Shown in pieces: positions 63,823 through 64,000 of a DNA stretch of 64,000 nt; position 1 is the stretch's first letter, and every line of letters starts with the position of its first letter. Source of the stretch: the human T2T-CHM13v2.0 reference genome, Homo sapiens; the NCBI RefSeq assembly GCF_009914755.1, contig NC_060936.1. One strand, 5' to 3'. The notes under the pieces were generated by a model. That model saw only the letters and a program-made list of their open reading frames with translations, was not told the origin of the DNA and made no database searches. The translations under genes were made by a program, and so were the position numbers.

Positions 63823-64000
63823 TGATGCATAATCAAAGATAATTATAGCAAGTTGCATCTTCAAGGAGAATGCCAACATCAATCTCATTGAACCTCTTTG
63901 AATTAGTTTACTATCCTATAACTAAAAGAAGAGATTTATAGTTTACTGAAGTCAAAAAGTGGGCTTGAATTAAGGCTGCTTATATTGTATAAGTGAAATG

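Overview
AT-rich, repeat-dense primate (almost certainly human) genomic DNA from the middle of ACSS3, the acyl-CoA synthetase short-chain family member 3 (propionyl-CoA-synthetase-like), on the + strand. I traced six consecutive internal coding exons by hand (17779-17967, 22093-22227, 26072-26212, 34814-34894, 34971-35066, 57766-57917). All have canonical AG/GT ends and splice into one open frame containing the AMP-binding motif [10 protein letters not shown]|G. They are probably exons 3-8; the numbering is from memory. The intron after the fifth exon holds a 33-bp-arm hairpin that I recognise as MIR4699. The rest is intron: about 12 Alus, several L1 fragments (including a nested L1/Alu/MST/L1 stack at 58.4-63.4 kb), MER11 and MER52 solo LTRs, Tigger3, MER58, MER5, MLT1, L2/MIR relics and microsatellites. 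I found no new gene system. Nearly all ORF-track entries are Alu, L1 or LTR shadows or noise. The most notable unexplained structure is a cluster of three template-switch-type scars within about 3 kb: a 139-bp templated copy flanked by a 79-bp duplication, a micro-templated insertion, and the MIR4699 inverted duplication. Also notable are a composite Alu-unique-Alu insertion under one TSD and a run of five phase-0 exons flanked by inverted repeats.
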